Under the pieces are notes generated by a model, which did not search any database, was not told the origin of the DNA, and saw only the letters and a program-made list of their open reading frames with translations. This document shows positions 52,277-63,851 of a stretch of 64,000 nt of DNA, piece after piece (positions within the stretch are counted from its first letter, which is position 1; each line of letters begins with the position of its first letter). The DNA is from Octopus bimaculoides (Eukaryota): contig NC_068993.1 in assembly GCF_001194135.2 (NCBI RefSeq), positions 64,341,923 through 64,405,922 on the forward strand. The letters run 5' to 3'. The position numbers and the translations under genes were made by a program.

Positions 52277-54399
52277 CGTAGAAACTCAGCTGTTTTTAAA
52301 AACAATATTTACGACGTCTGCAACCTTTTTTTAGTTTTTTCGCTATTGTTGATAGAATTCATTATTTAACTAATTTTCGTTATCTCACTTCTAACCACAA
52401 GCACACATGTGCACACACACTCACACATATGTTTATATGAGAGGTTCTATATGTATGTGTGTGTCTATATGATGTATATATGCATGTATGTATGTATATA
52501 TGTATGTATGTATATCCAGGCTTATCTAAAACTGAGTAACTCCTGCTTGGTCATAGTTCTCTTAAAAGTGTATACCTCTTGATGCACTTAACGCACAAAT
52601 ATATTTTCAAGGGTCTACATAACAATTATGCTGTTAATATTTATGAAAAAATATCTTGTAGCATTTTGAAATATTCTTCCACTACCTCGATTTCTTAGCA
52701 CCAATTTCCGTAACTTTAATACTGTTCCCTTTTCCCCAGATTTATATGATTAAAACAACAACTTTCGCTATCGAAAACATATTTCTGCAAAACATAGGCC
52801 TCCAGAGGAAAGAAAATTGGAAGAAGGGAATGATTCGAAACGCATCCCCACCAAAACAATCTTCTTATCGACGTAATTATAATCTACATTCCTCCGCCAC
52901 CACTATCTCCTCAATATTTTTCGTTTATGTGTGAAACGATAGCGTTGCTGTTTCATTGAAAGTATCAAGATCCTCTCGGTCAGTCACCTCAATGAAATGA
53001 TAGCAGAACTAGCATGTTGCTCGATTTTATCATGTGCAGCAGTATTTGCTATGATTCTTAGCGACCTGCTGCAATACTCGTCCACGACTTGTCAATTAGA
53101 TTTAGGGATACTCCTGTTCCCAGACTGAAAAATAAGGAAATGTAAAACAATTTTTAATTAGGTTAAAAAACAAACAGTTGTGTCTTGAGTGCAACATGTC
53201 TGAAGAACTTTCTCGACGAACCACCATAAACGAGTACATCTTACGTAATTCGATAGTCCATGACTTATTCTTCGAACGAACCAAAACACATTTTATTGAT
53301 TTCAAAATTTTAATAAAATACACATATATTGACATGTATGTACGTCTTTTTTGTGTTTATGCAAATGTGTGTGTGTGTGTGTAAGTGTGGCACACACATA
53401 CACACTTATATGTATCCTTTTACACACACAAATGTTTTGGGTGGCTTCACCAAAAAGCAGTCACTGGATTTGTTATAAACCAGAAGTAGTCACACAGAAC
53501 TATATTATGTTACAAATACATAACTGTCCCGGAAATGATAGTTTCGTAGTGCTCTCAACCCAAATACCATTACAAACAAATTCTTTATATATTAATCAGT
53601 CGCAAATACCAAATAATCTTAAGAATATTAATATCTGCCATTTTCATACAAATGTATAACATAAAAATTCCTTTAGTCACAGAGAAGGAACATTTGCTGA
53701 ATTCGGTAATAGACTCTCGGATCTTGAAGGCTTTCTTCCAGATTCCACAACTTGCTGGAAGAATAATGCTTAAAGTTTAATGGCTGAATCAATACGAGAA
53801 CCCGGGCTAATAAGTGATCTTCTATAAAGTTGCTCGAAATTGTAGCGAAAGCAACTGCAAATGACATTTTAACATCATAACAGGGGAGAAATATTGAATA
53901 ACGTAGTTTGAAAACACTGCGAATTGTGTCGACTCAAACTTCTTTGATCAAAAGTCTGATTTTGGTTAATATGTTATCGGAATGCTACTTTTTTCTTAAA
54001 TTGTTCAGCGAGAAGAGGGGTGGCGGCACTCGTGAGAATTTCCAGGGTTTCCGATTCTAATGACCTTTTCACGGTCCTCTAAGTTTGGAGACAGAAGTTA
54101 TTATCTTCAAGTCGGACGTATTGTCTTGCAAAAGAATGGACATCACCTAAGACATCAATGGGCCAGAAGTGGATGTCGATTCTAGGATTCTGTAACGGAC
54201 AGTGATCTGCGCTCTTTATGAAGTATAGGAGAGAGGATTGTAGGAACCGTTTGAGTGACCGACAAATTACTTTGTGGTACTTAGTTTATGGCACTAAATA
54301 TTCTCAATACAAAACCCATTTGAGTGAACTTCACTTTTCACCGACTGGAAATGATAAACTAAAGTGTCACTCAAATACGGATATTATATATTTCCTTTA

Positions 54400-54459
54400 T
54401 GTAAAATGTGTGAAATGTGTAAAATTAAAATGTGTGAAACGTGTAAAATGTGTGAAAAT
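54400..54459. repeat. ~18-bp imperfect tandem repeat tgtaaaatgtgtgaaatg (x3)
   Basis: Directly visible. Confidence 0.8.
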
Positions 54460-55231
54460 CTGCCTGTATTAAAGATTATTTATGAAGTTTACTGGTTGCG
54501 AATATTTAATGAGAACAATTTATTTACCGCTAAAATACTTTTATGACAAACAGACCAGACGACTCGGTCTGTTAGAAATAGCATCCGAATCTCCCTCAAA
54601 TCACACATCCAAACAATACCCGGGTTACGGGTGAAGTATTTTTAATCGCGGATCTGCTTGATTAAGTCTAGCATTGGATATCTGACCAATGATAGCTGAC
54701 CAGGGGTCAACAGACCGGAGAGAAACAAGAGCTAAGATAACATGAACATTAATAGTAACCATGGCAACAACTACTTTCATGACAATGATCACAAAACAAC
54801 TAACAACAAGATGATCTCATATTTATCGGTCTACAACAGTAACAAGAGTGATAGCAGCAGTAGCAACAGCAGCAGCAGAAGCAACAACGGCAACAAAAAC
54901 AACAACGGCAAGAACAGTAACACTATAGTCATGGAATAACACAGAATCAAAGTTGAAGACTCTTGTATTTGTGTAGAGTTTTTGACCTTGTCTGTCACAT
55001 GACACTCTGGCATTTGAAGCTATTTCCTCAAAAAGTTCTTGAAAATATATGTTCGTCTCACTTCCTCTAAACACACTTTTCACTAACTTACAATGGACTC
55101 TTTGTCTCGTCAAAAAGGAATCCGATATTTTGGTCTGCAGTGGAGTCTCGTGCTGCAAATTAATCAGTTCCCTGACGGAAAACCACCAGCGCGATACAAG
55201 TTTAATTCTTGACTGCAGTAACTTCGCTTAG

Positions 55232-55380
55232 AAGCTGACGAGTTGGCGCAGTCGTTAGAGCGTCGAATAGAAAGACTGAGATCTAGTTCAACTCTTTAAG
55301 TTCTGAGTTCACGTGAAGCTAATGTCAACCTTGCATTTCTACTTCGCGGAGTTTATAAAGTACCCGTTGAATACTAAAAC
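55232..55380 (+). mobile_element. Degenerate SINE family B, 5' part
   Basis: gacgagttggcgcagtcgttagagcgtcg...tctttaagttctgagttca...aaagtacc. Confidence 0.6.
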
Positions 55381-55399
55381 CTTACGTATGTGTGTGAGT

Positions 55400-55774
55400 G
55401 GAGACGCAATGGCCCAGTGGTTAGGACAGAGGACTCGCGGTCATAGGATCGCGGTTTCGATTCCTAGACCGGGCGTTGTGAGTGTCGATTGAGCGAAAAC
55501 ACCTAAAGATCCACGAGGCTCCGGCGAACCCTGCTGTACTCTTCCACCACAACTTTCTCTCACTCTTACTTCCTGTTTCTGTTGTGTCTGTAATTCAAAG
55601 GGTCAACCTTGTCACACTATGTCATGCTGAGTATCCCCGAGAAGTACGTTATGGGTACACGTGTCTGTGGAGTGCTCAGCCACTTGCACGTTAATTTCAC
55701 GAACAGGGTGTTCCGTTGATCGGATCAACTGGAACCCTCGACGACGTAAGCGACGGAGTGCCAACAACAACAAC
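55400..55774 (+). mobile_element. Full-length tRNA-derived SINE, family C (tRNA-Arg-like head), (CAA)n tail
   Basis: A-box tggcccagtggttagg, gactcgcg (TCG anticodon position), B-box ggtttcgattcc; ends cgacggagtgcc(aac)4. Confidence 0.85.
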
Positions 55775-55828
55775 GTATGTGTGTGTGTGTGCGGATATAT
55801 ATATATACATGCGTTTATATATACATAT

Positions 55829-55951
55829 GTTATTTTATTGACCCCAAAAGGGATGAAAAGCAAAGTCTACCCAGGCTGCATTTAAATACAGAACGTAAAG
55901 ACCGACGAAATACCGCCAGGTGGCGTGGCAACGACTTTGTCAGCTCGCCAA
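55829..55951 (-). mobile_element. SINE family B, 5' part
   Basis: ttattttattgacccc...gatgaaaagcaaagtc...cagaacgtaaagaccgacgaaataccgc...cagctcgcc. Confidence 0.7.
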
Positions 55952-57251
55952 CTTATTCGGAACAAATATTGCAAAGTATTTTGTGTAGTGCAGCAATGAA
56001 ACTGTGATTCCATTTTGCTCAGTAGACACACACACAAGTTCATTTACAATACATACACACACACAAATTTGTGTGTCTGTGTGTGTCTGTGTATTTCTCT
56101 TACGAGTGAGTTACTTTTTGAGGTTTTTATTTGAAAGGAGTTTTAAGAATAACAGAACATTTACAAATAGACGACTCAATACAAATAAAAGATTCATACT
56201 ATTATCTCCTTAAATAACTTTTAAAAGTTTAAAACCTACTTAAATTTATTAAACAAAGCTATTTGTCCTTTTATCATTCACATTCCTTTTCGTACCTAAA
56301 GTACTGGTTAACAGCATTTTAAACCCGTTACATACAGACATACATACGTGTGCGTTTGTGTGTGTATATGAGAGAGACAGAGGGAACTGTATTTGAATGT
56401 GGGTTCCTATATGTCTGCGCATGCCTGTGTGTGTTCATGCTTGTCTGTGTTTGTGCGTGCTTGTTTACGTCTACAAAATGTTATAAAGTCCTCTTTTCAA
56501 GGCGTTTGCCAATCGTAGACTCCAGATGAAAACGCTTTTCCAAGATGATTCTTACAGAGACTGAACCTGGCACTACATAATGGCTGCAAAGCGAAAATCT
56601 TACTCGCACACACACACACACACATGGTTGGTACTAAATTGTTAAATCGAAACCGCATAACTGCTTTCAGCTCTGGCAAGTTTAACACCATTCTACTTTG
56701 CGCGTAGGCAAATGCTGCGAAAGATACGATACGTATATTTATTATGTGTAGAATACATGAAGCTATATAATATTAGAAATATGTCCATAGAATGCAGCGG
56801 GGAACTGCTATAAGATTGAGTGGCGGTGACGATGGTGGCGGTGACGGTGATGGCGTCGGTGGTGGTGGTGGCGGTAGTAGGAGAGAATTCGGATTGCTAC
56901 TGCTGCTATCACTCTTGTTACTGTTGTAGACCGATAAATGGCGATGTTTATGACTGAGATGGTGTTAATGATTAGTAACAAGTTTATGTGATAGTGAGAA
57001 CTTGACTGTGAGGAAAGAAAGGACAGAAATACAGAATAGGATGCAGTAAAGAAAAACAAAACAAAAAACAAGAAGATAAAGGCAACTAGAAAGAGTAAAA
57101 AGAAGATGTAATAGAAGGGCATCAGATGGTGGTGGTGGAGGTGGTGGTGGTGGAGGTGGTGGTGGTGGTTTTAGTGTTGACGCTGTCGGGGATAGGATTT
57201 CTTGTGAAAACAGTGAGAAGCATAAATAGAAAGAAACAGTGAAAGAAAGAA

Positions 57252-57627
57252 NNNNNNNNNNNNNNNNNNNNNNNNNNNNNNNNNNNNNNNNNNNNNNNNN
57301 NNNNNNNNNNNNNNNNNNNNNNNNNNNNNNNNNNNNNNNNNNNNNNNNNNNNNNNNNNNNNNNNNNNNNNNNNNNNNNNNNNNNNNNNNNNNNNNNNNNN
57401 NNNNNNNNNNNNNNNNNNNNNNNNNNNNNNNNNNNNNNNNNNNNNNNNNNNNNNNNNNNNNNNNNNNNNNNNNNNNNNNNNNNNNNNNNNNNNNNNNNNN
57501 NNNNNNNNNNNNNNNNNNNNNNNNNNNNNNNNNNNNNNNNNNNNNNNNNNNNNNNNNNNNNNNNNNNNNNNNNNNNNNNNNNNNNNNNNNNNNNNNNNNN
57601 NNNNNNNNNNNNNNNNNNNNNNNNNNN
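57252..57627. other. Assembly gap (N-run)
   Basis: N-run. Shorter gaps also at 8390-8399, 13677-13686, 38239-38248, 49856-49908 and 58867-58876. Confidence 1.
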
Positions 57628-57666
<39 letters not shown>

Positions 57667-58111
57667 CTCGAAAATGCAGAATATTTTTCAATGCATTATA
57701 ACTAAAAGGCTCTTAATTTCGAGTGCTACGAGTTGCTCGTTTCCGCTCTTCTAACGAGTAATGCGGGTTTGTTTTCCCTTAATTTATCTGTTTGAATATA
57801 TTTTGAGTTATGCAAAAGTTGTCAAGTTAATGTACAAAAAATGCTATTTCAACCCTACATTTTTTAAATTTCTTTTCCGGCTCGCGCAGGAGTATATTTA
57901 TATGTACATACATGCATACATATATGCATGCATGCATACATACATACATACATACAGGCATGCATACGTACGTACATACAAACAAGCATAAATATGTACA
58001 TAAAAACGTGCATATACATGATACGTACATACTTATGTATGTATGTATGTATGTATTTGTGTGTGTTTGAGTGAGTGTGTGTCTATATATATTTATAATA
58101 TATCCCACACT

Positions 58112-58249
58112 ATAATCCATTCTGCTGAAGGCACAAGGCCTGAAATTTGGGTGAAGGGACTAGTCGATTAGATCGGCGCTTGCGTTTCATTCGTACATAA
58201 TTTTTCGACCCTGAAAGGATGAAAGACAAAGTCGACCTCGGCGGAATTT
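58112..58249 (-). mobile_element. SINE family B, 3' part, broken at a (TAA)n tract
   Basis: aatccattctgctgaaggcacaaggcctgaaattt...aaaggatgaaagacaaagtcgacctcggcggaattt. Confidence 0.8.
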
Positions 58250-58277
58250 CAATAATAATAATAATAATAATAATAAA

Positions 58278-58361
58278 AGGGTGAAGATGGTGTTAAAATC
58301 CAACCTGAATGCCAAAAACTTGATTACCGCAATGAATATCTGGGCAATTGCAATGGTCTGA
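58278..58361 (+). mobile_element. R4/Dong-like LINE fragment directly after (TAA)n
   Basis: RVKMVLKSNLNAKNLITAMNIWAIAMV matches the LKSxLNxxNxIxAINxWA motif; preceded by (AAT)n at 58251-58276. Confidence 0.65.
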
Positions 58362-58939
58362 AGCCGATATTTCAATAGATCAAACAACCGAATCGTTATC
58401 ACTGTAGTACAGAAACTTTTTGAGTTGTGCATTCTCACATTATTTCGCTTAGATAAACTAAATTTGTGAATCTATTTACGTATCGCAACTTATTTTGTTG
58501 CAATAGAGAACTATCAACGTATTTTTATTAGATTTCGAAGACATTTATTACTTGTCAGTGGCAAATCTAGACATTCAAACGCCGCCATCCGTTATATCTA
58601 GTGCGACTGACGTGTTGCATAGCCAAGACGTTTTCTCAGGTAGCTTTTGGTTTATATTTCATAGTAGTTTTTGGTGGAGTACTTTGAGATTCCTTCTACT
58701 TCGTTTGTTTAATTCACATAGCATAAAGTCATAGTGTGTGTGTATGTGTGTGTATGTGTGTGTATGAGCGTGTGTGTGTAATGTTTGAAGGGTTTGCTTC
58801 TGTATACCGTCCGCACATACTTATATGCATACATAAGTACACAATCTCCTGATATATATATATATANNNNNNNNNNAATAAAGTGAACTGTATTTGCAAG
58901 CTGATTTAATTTCTGCTAACATTGACTTAAAGTATGGTA

Positions 58940-59188
58940 TTGGATTGGTGCATAATTATTGCGGCTTTTTTCCAACAAATTTTATTCGACAAAAACAATA
59001 ACAACATGTAACAAAAACATCTTTAAATGATTATTCCGGAGCTTAGTCACATCACATACTGCTTTCCCATTTGCTTGGCAGACAGTCAGACCGTCATTTA
59101 AATATGTTTTTGTTAAATATTGTTATTGTTTATATTGAATAAAATTGGTTGAAAAAAAAAAAGCCGCAATAATTATGCACCAACCGAA
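58940..59188 (-). mobile_element. Internally deleted mariner element (249 bp) with TA TSD
   Basis: 32-bp TIRs, 30/32 identical (ttggattggtgcataattattgcggctttttt), similar to Hsmar1-type TIRs; TA at 58938-39 and 59189-90. The minus strand retains a C-terminal echo, LPSKWE. Confidence 0.9.
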
Positions 59189-60627
59189 TAATTTCAGTCA
59201 ATAACTCGAGCTCCTTTTATTTCGCCTGGTCGCATTTTATTTATTTATTTTTTTTTTCAGCGACTGGCGGTTGTCTTGGAGATGATCTGTGTCAAAAAAT
59301 ATCATTCGTAGCAGGTGTTCTCTCGACATCGTTCGCACGCGCCTGACTCGGACTCAGATGTTACAACCCGAGCTGTCATCTATAATCGTAAAAATTAAGT
59401 TGTTTTTTTTTTTAAATAATAAATTTCGATAGAGATTAGGATTTGAATTCCAATCAATGAAAAGTTCCCATTCTACAATATATTTAAAGGAACGAAACGT
59501 TATCAAACAACTCGGGCTATACGAACGAGTTTGGTAGATATAAAAAAACTAACTGTGTTCAACAGAAAATAAAGGAATTTTCGAACGCAAGATAGCTGTA
59601 ATGACATCTTAGAAATTGTGAGTTCCAAATTGCTTATCGCTTCATTATCTTCAAACTTTTCCATATTCTTTTTCACTTTATTTTCTACTCTATCGAATTC
59701 TTTTATTCTAATAGCTTGATAAATTATATCCAAACGCGTATTTTTGGTATGTTTTGCATTATTATTTATATCTCTATTTTTCATCTATGTAATTCTTATC
59801 TATGTATTTTGTATTTTGATTGTTAGTGTATCATTCTCTCATTGAATCAATGGTTTTAGTTTTGTCTGTGAAATGCTGGAAAGAATATGGCTTTAACCTT
59901 CTGGCGCTTGAAACCGATTTTTAGCGAGCCAGCTTGCAGTGTTTAAAGTATTAGCTAAAACTCATAACTTTTCCTGCTAGGAAGAATAGTCAACAATCCT
60001 GTATTTTGTAACGAAGTCACACCGAGATAAATTTCTCTAAAAATTCGCATTGCGTTCCATTTCCCTATTTAGTTCGCAACAGTCTGGAAGTTATAACTAG
60101 CTGATGAGTGTTTGCCTCGTTACTTGGAGAAAATCTTTGAATTAACCAGGCAAGTTCACATTGTTGACAATACAAATGATGTTATGAAGTTTAGGTGTTA
60201 TATTTTCTATTACATAAATCTTGTGCTAATCTCATATAAAATCGATATTCTTTGAAATCGCTAGTCTAAATATGAAGTGGCAAAGTCTCATTTCGAAATC
60301 ATCGATCTCACTTTGAAGTGACAAGGTCCATCTTTGAAGTAATATTTGTTTACTTAAAATTACAAGTTTTGTTGTAATGTTTTAAGCCTCCGTTGCTTCG
60401 GCTAACTATGCTTCTGCAAATGTGTACGCAGGCCCGGATTAGAACTTTTTTCAGAAGACCAGCAATCGCCCATGCCTGCTTGTCACCATTTCACAGTACC
60501 ACCGTAGGCTCACAGAGTTTGGTACAAATTTGGTCACAGTTGATGCTCTCAGAAGGTCAACTGACGGAATGTATCCGACAAAGTCTATTGTTCCTTCCTC
60601 TCACGGTCCGCCAATCCATCGCCATGA

Positions 60628-60740
60628 ATGGATGACAAAGTTGATCTCGGAGAGTTTTGATCTCAAAATGCAAAAAGCTCAAAGTTGGAACAAATGTCGA
60701 AAGATATTCTATCCCACTCTCTAACAACTCTATCAATTCT
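60628..60740 (-). mobile_element. Degenerate SINE family B head
   Basis: ggatgacaaagttgatctcgg...tttgatctcaaaat...ctctaacaactct. Confidence 0.5.
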
Positions 60741-60954
60741 CTCTCTTTATTCTAATCAACTGTAATATAAGCAGTTGTGAATTTTTACGGCAACACGGTG
60801 GAAAACAGGAACAAAAAAGTAAGTCTGATCCTATCGCAGGAAGTGAACTAGGGCTCTGCTACAAGTATTTACTAATTTTTCTTTATTTTACTCTGTACTT
60901 GAATGTGCTTACGTGCGCACGCATGTCTGTGTGTGTGTGTGTGTGTGTGCGTAT

Positions 60955-61003
<49 letters not shown>

Positions 61004-61055
61004 CGAGATAAAGCATCCATTAATGCTATCTCCGTTAAAATTTGAAGATAGTACT

Positions 61056-61098
61056 CGATAGCTGATGACAAAAGAGTTGAAACCATTCGTCTTTTTCG
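61056..61098 (+). ncRNA. Minimal hammerhead-like motif
   Basis: cgatag CTGATGA caaaagagtt GAAA c cattc GTC tttttcg: complete core, but stems I and II are weak. Confidence 0.3.
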
Positions 61099-61555
61099 TC
61101 TCTCGCATGATACAAGTTATCTTAATATTTCTGCAAACTCAGAGATTGATAATAAACATCTACAGACTTATCCTGCAATATATCACAGCATCACTGTTAA
61201 CGGACAAGCAATATATTAATCGAACTGGCCGCGAAGTTTGTGTTTACTTTCGTACATTAAAAGAATTTTGCCTGGTAGGCCGGAAGATTTGAGAAATTTT
61301 TACCGAGACCTGTTTGTGAATTTCGCTTCAATAAAATGAATTGAGATGTACGCTGTTTAGTTCGTAACTCATATTCTCATATATATATGTGTGTGTGTGT
61401 GTGTGTGTTTGTGTGTGTGATGTATACACATGTATATATATAAATATGTATATATTTATGTTTATATGTATGCATGTGTGTATGAGTGCACGTGTGTGTA
61501 TATATCTATATACAGACAGACAGATAGATAGATAGATAGATAGATATATAGATAG

Positions 61556-61665
61556 GCATGGCAGTATGGTTAAAAGTTTGCTTCCCACCCATGTAGTTCT
61601 GGGTTCAGTATCACTGTGTTACCCCTCCCTCAAATTTCAGGCCTTGTGCCTTTAGCAGAAAGGAT
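61556..61665. mobile_element. SINE A head (+) abutting a SINE B tail (-)
   Basis: ggcatggcagtatggttaaaagtttgcttccc...gggttcagtatcactg then cccctccctcaaatttcaggccttgtgcctttagcagaaaggatt. Confidence 0.65.
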
Positions 61666-61789
61666 TGTCATTGTCATTTATTACGATGTTATTCGTTGTA
61701 GTGGTGCTGGCGGAGTCGGTTGTGGTCGTGATACTGTTACTATGAGTTGTCTTTTGTTTATTTGTTGTAGTGGTGGTGGTGGTGGCGAA

Positions 61790-62150
61790 GACTCCTCCGT
61801 TGTGCAGCCAGTCATCGCCTTCCGTATGTCTTCGGTTATTATCGGCATTTCGCAGAATTCCACATCCCTGCCCGAAAGGCGCGGCATTCTGTCGAGGTAG
61901 TTGGTGAAATCGGCGAAGGTAAGGACTACGCACACCACCCGTTTTCGGCATTTAGGTGTGTGGGTTAGGGTGGTGTGCGTGTTCTTTACGTCCGCCGGTG
62001 AAATCTGCCCCCGTCCTCAAAATGCCGCGCACAGTTCGGCGAAGTGCCGCTGAAATTCTACACCCATCTGCTGACGAAATGCACCTGTTTGTTCGCTCGT
62101 AGGTTTTTGCTCTAAGTCTTTATTTCGCAAAGTAATTAATTGCTTATTTT
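61790..62150 (-). mobile_element. L1/Tx1-like ORF2 fragment (linker before RT)
   Basis: QMGVEFQRHFAEL and FTNYLDRMPRLSGRDVEFCEMPIITEDIRKAM resemble F..YL..LP.LS.....CE.PIT.EEI..A. Confidence 0.65.
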
Positions 62151-62953
62151 GTCACAGAACGTTAATCCGAATCACCACCTTTGCATAGATTAGGGGTTTT
62201 GCGTTGTTAGTGCCCGTTTGGGGGCTGAAATCTCAGAATAATTGTTTCAAAATTAATTTCAAAAGAAAAAAGACAAACATGGCGAAGCAATCCGTGATGG
62301 AGGACATAGAAGAGAAGGTGAGAGGTGTTTCAGACACCCACAAATAGAAGGGGGGAGGCGAGCACAGAGCAGCTTGAAATTCTCGTACACGAAAGACGTC
62401 AATTAATAGTAACAGCAGCAGCAGCAGTAGCAGCAGCATCATGAAGTACAAAGCTGTTGTTTTCAGAGCATCAAATCCTCGACACAGGACGTTTGTCTCT
62501 TAACTGTGTGAATCTTCTCAGTTGATCGATGTTATTTTCTCCGCACGTGTGGGGTCCCACTGTCTTTAGAGGTGGTCATTATCAGGGTTGGCTTCGACTT
62601 AACGACAGTAGCAACAACAACGACAGCAGCAGCTGTAACGTCACCAACAATCTCATCATCATCATCATCATCATCGGCAGCAGCAACATTACTATAAGCA
62701 TCACCAACAGCAATGATAAGAAACGTAAAAGCAAGCCAGCGTTACTCCTAAACCAACGCCGCAACAAACGGTAATCTCGTCAAGAACAAAAACAAGTTTT
62801 ATCAGCATCATCATCATCACCATCATCAACAGCAGGGATGACGACGGCAACAAAATCAGAGAAAATGTGTGAAAGTGATAACCGCTTTGATCGTTGATTT
62901 CGTTGTTTGCCATCGGCATTGTTTCATTGTCATTGTGGCTTAGTGTGTGAGTG

Positions 62954-62996
<43 letters not shown>

Positions 62997-63629
62997 ATGG
63001 TTGAGAGTCAGTGTCTTGAAGTGTCTTTGCATGCGTCTATTTGTGGGGGGGGGGGCGTTTGTGAGGCTGGGTGTACGTGGGTGTCAGCCAGTGCGCGTGG
63101 GATATTGTATGAGTGCTTGTGTGTGTGTATTGTTTATGCTTATTTATGTGTGTTTGTGTGTAACTGCATGTGTATGTGGATATGATTACACAGTGTATGT
63201 GTTTGTAACTGTCACTGTTTGTTTGTATGTGTGTTTGTGTGCTGTACGTGTGCGTTTAAGTGTATATACGTGTGTGTTTGCGTGAACATTTTGTGCCTGT
63301 GTTTTTGTTAATGGGCTTTTATGATAGTTTCTGTGTGTGTATGAAAGACGGACAGAGAGAGAGACACAGAGTGAGTGCGTGCATGTGTGTTTATGTGTCG
63401 ATGTGAATGTCTATGTCCGTCCGTTTCTGTGCGGTTCTCTGCCCAGTGAGTGTTGCACGTTATATGTGTGAGATTTTTATCACAATCACTTCATCCAAAA
63501 TGATCCAACCCTACAGCAATATTAGGTAGCAGCAGCAGCAGCAGCAGTAGCAGTCGAGCTAATGGTAATTGTGGTGGTTTTGGTACTGGAGGGCGTGGTA
63601 AAGTTGGTAAAGTTTGGATAATATCGATT

Positions 63630-63710
63630 TCAAAGTTTAGCACAAGGCCAGCAATTTCGGTGGAGGGGAGCTAAGTCGATTACATCGACCTCAGTGCTCA
63701 ACCTGGTACT
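63630..63710 (-). mobile_element. SINE family B tail, truncated at ggtact
   Basis: gcacaaggccagcaattt...gtcgattacatcgacctcagtgctcaacctggtact. Confidence 0.75.
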
Positions 63711-63851
63711 AACGCCAATAACTTTTTCCCGGTGCAGTAACTTTTCGGCTGACCATAACATCTCCTAAGTCTTTCTTTTACATGCTATGATAACTCATTC
63801 ATGCAGTTTCTACCAACAGAACGTCACTTCTTTCTCATTTTCAGACGTCAG

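Noticed and set aside
54755-54768. Exact RFX X-box match GTAACCATGGCAAC
   Set aside because: Lies in a decayed (AAC/AGC)n tract, and a degenerate motif of this size can occur by chance in 64 kb.
55400-55472. tRNA gene
   Set aside because: A and B boxes are present, but the cloverleaf is imperfect and continues into a SINE body and tail.
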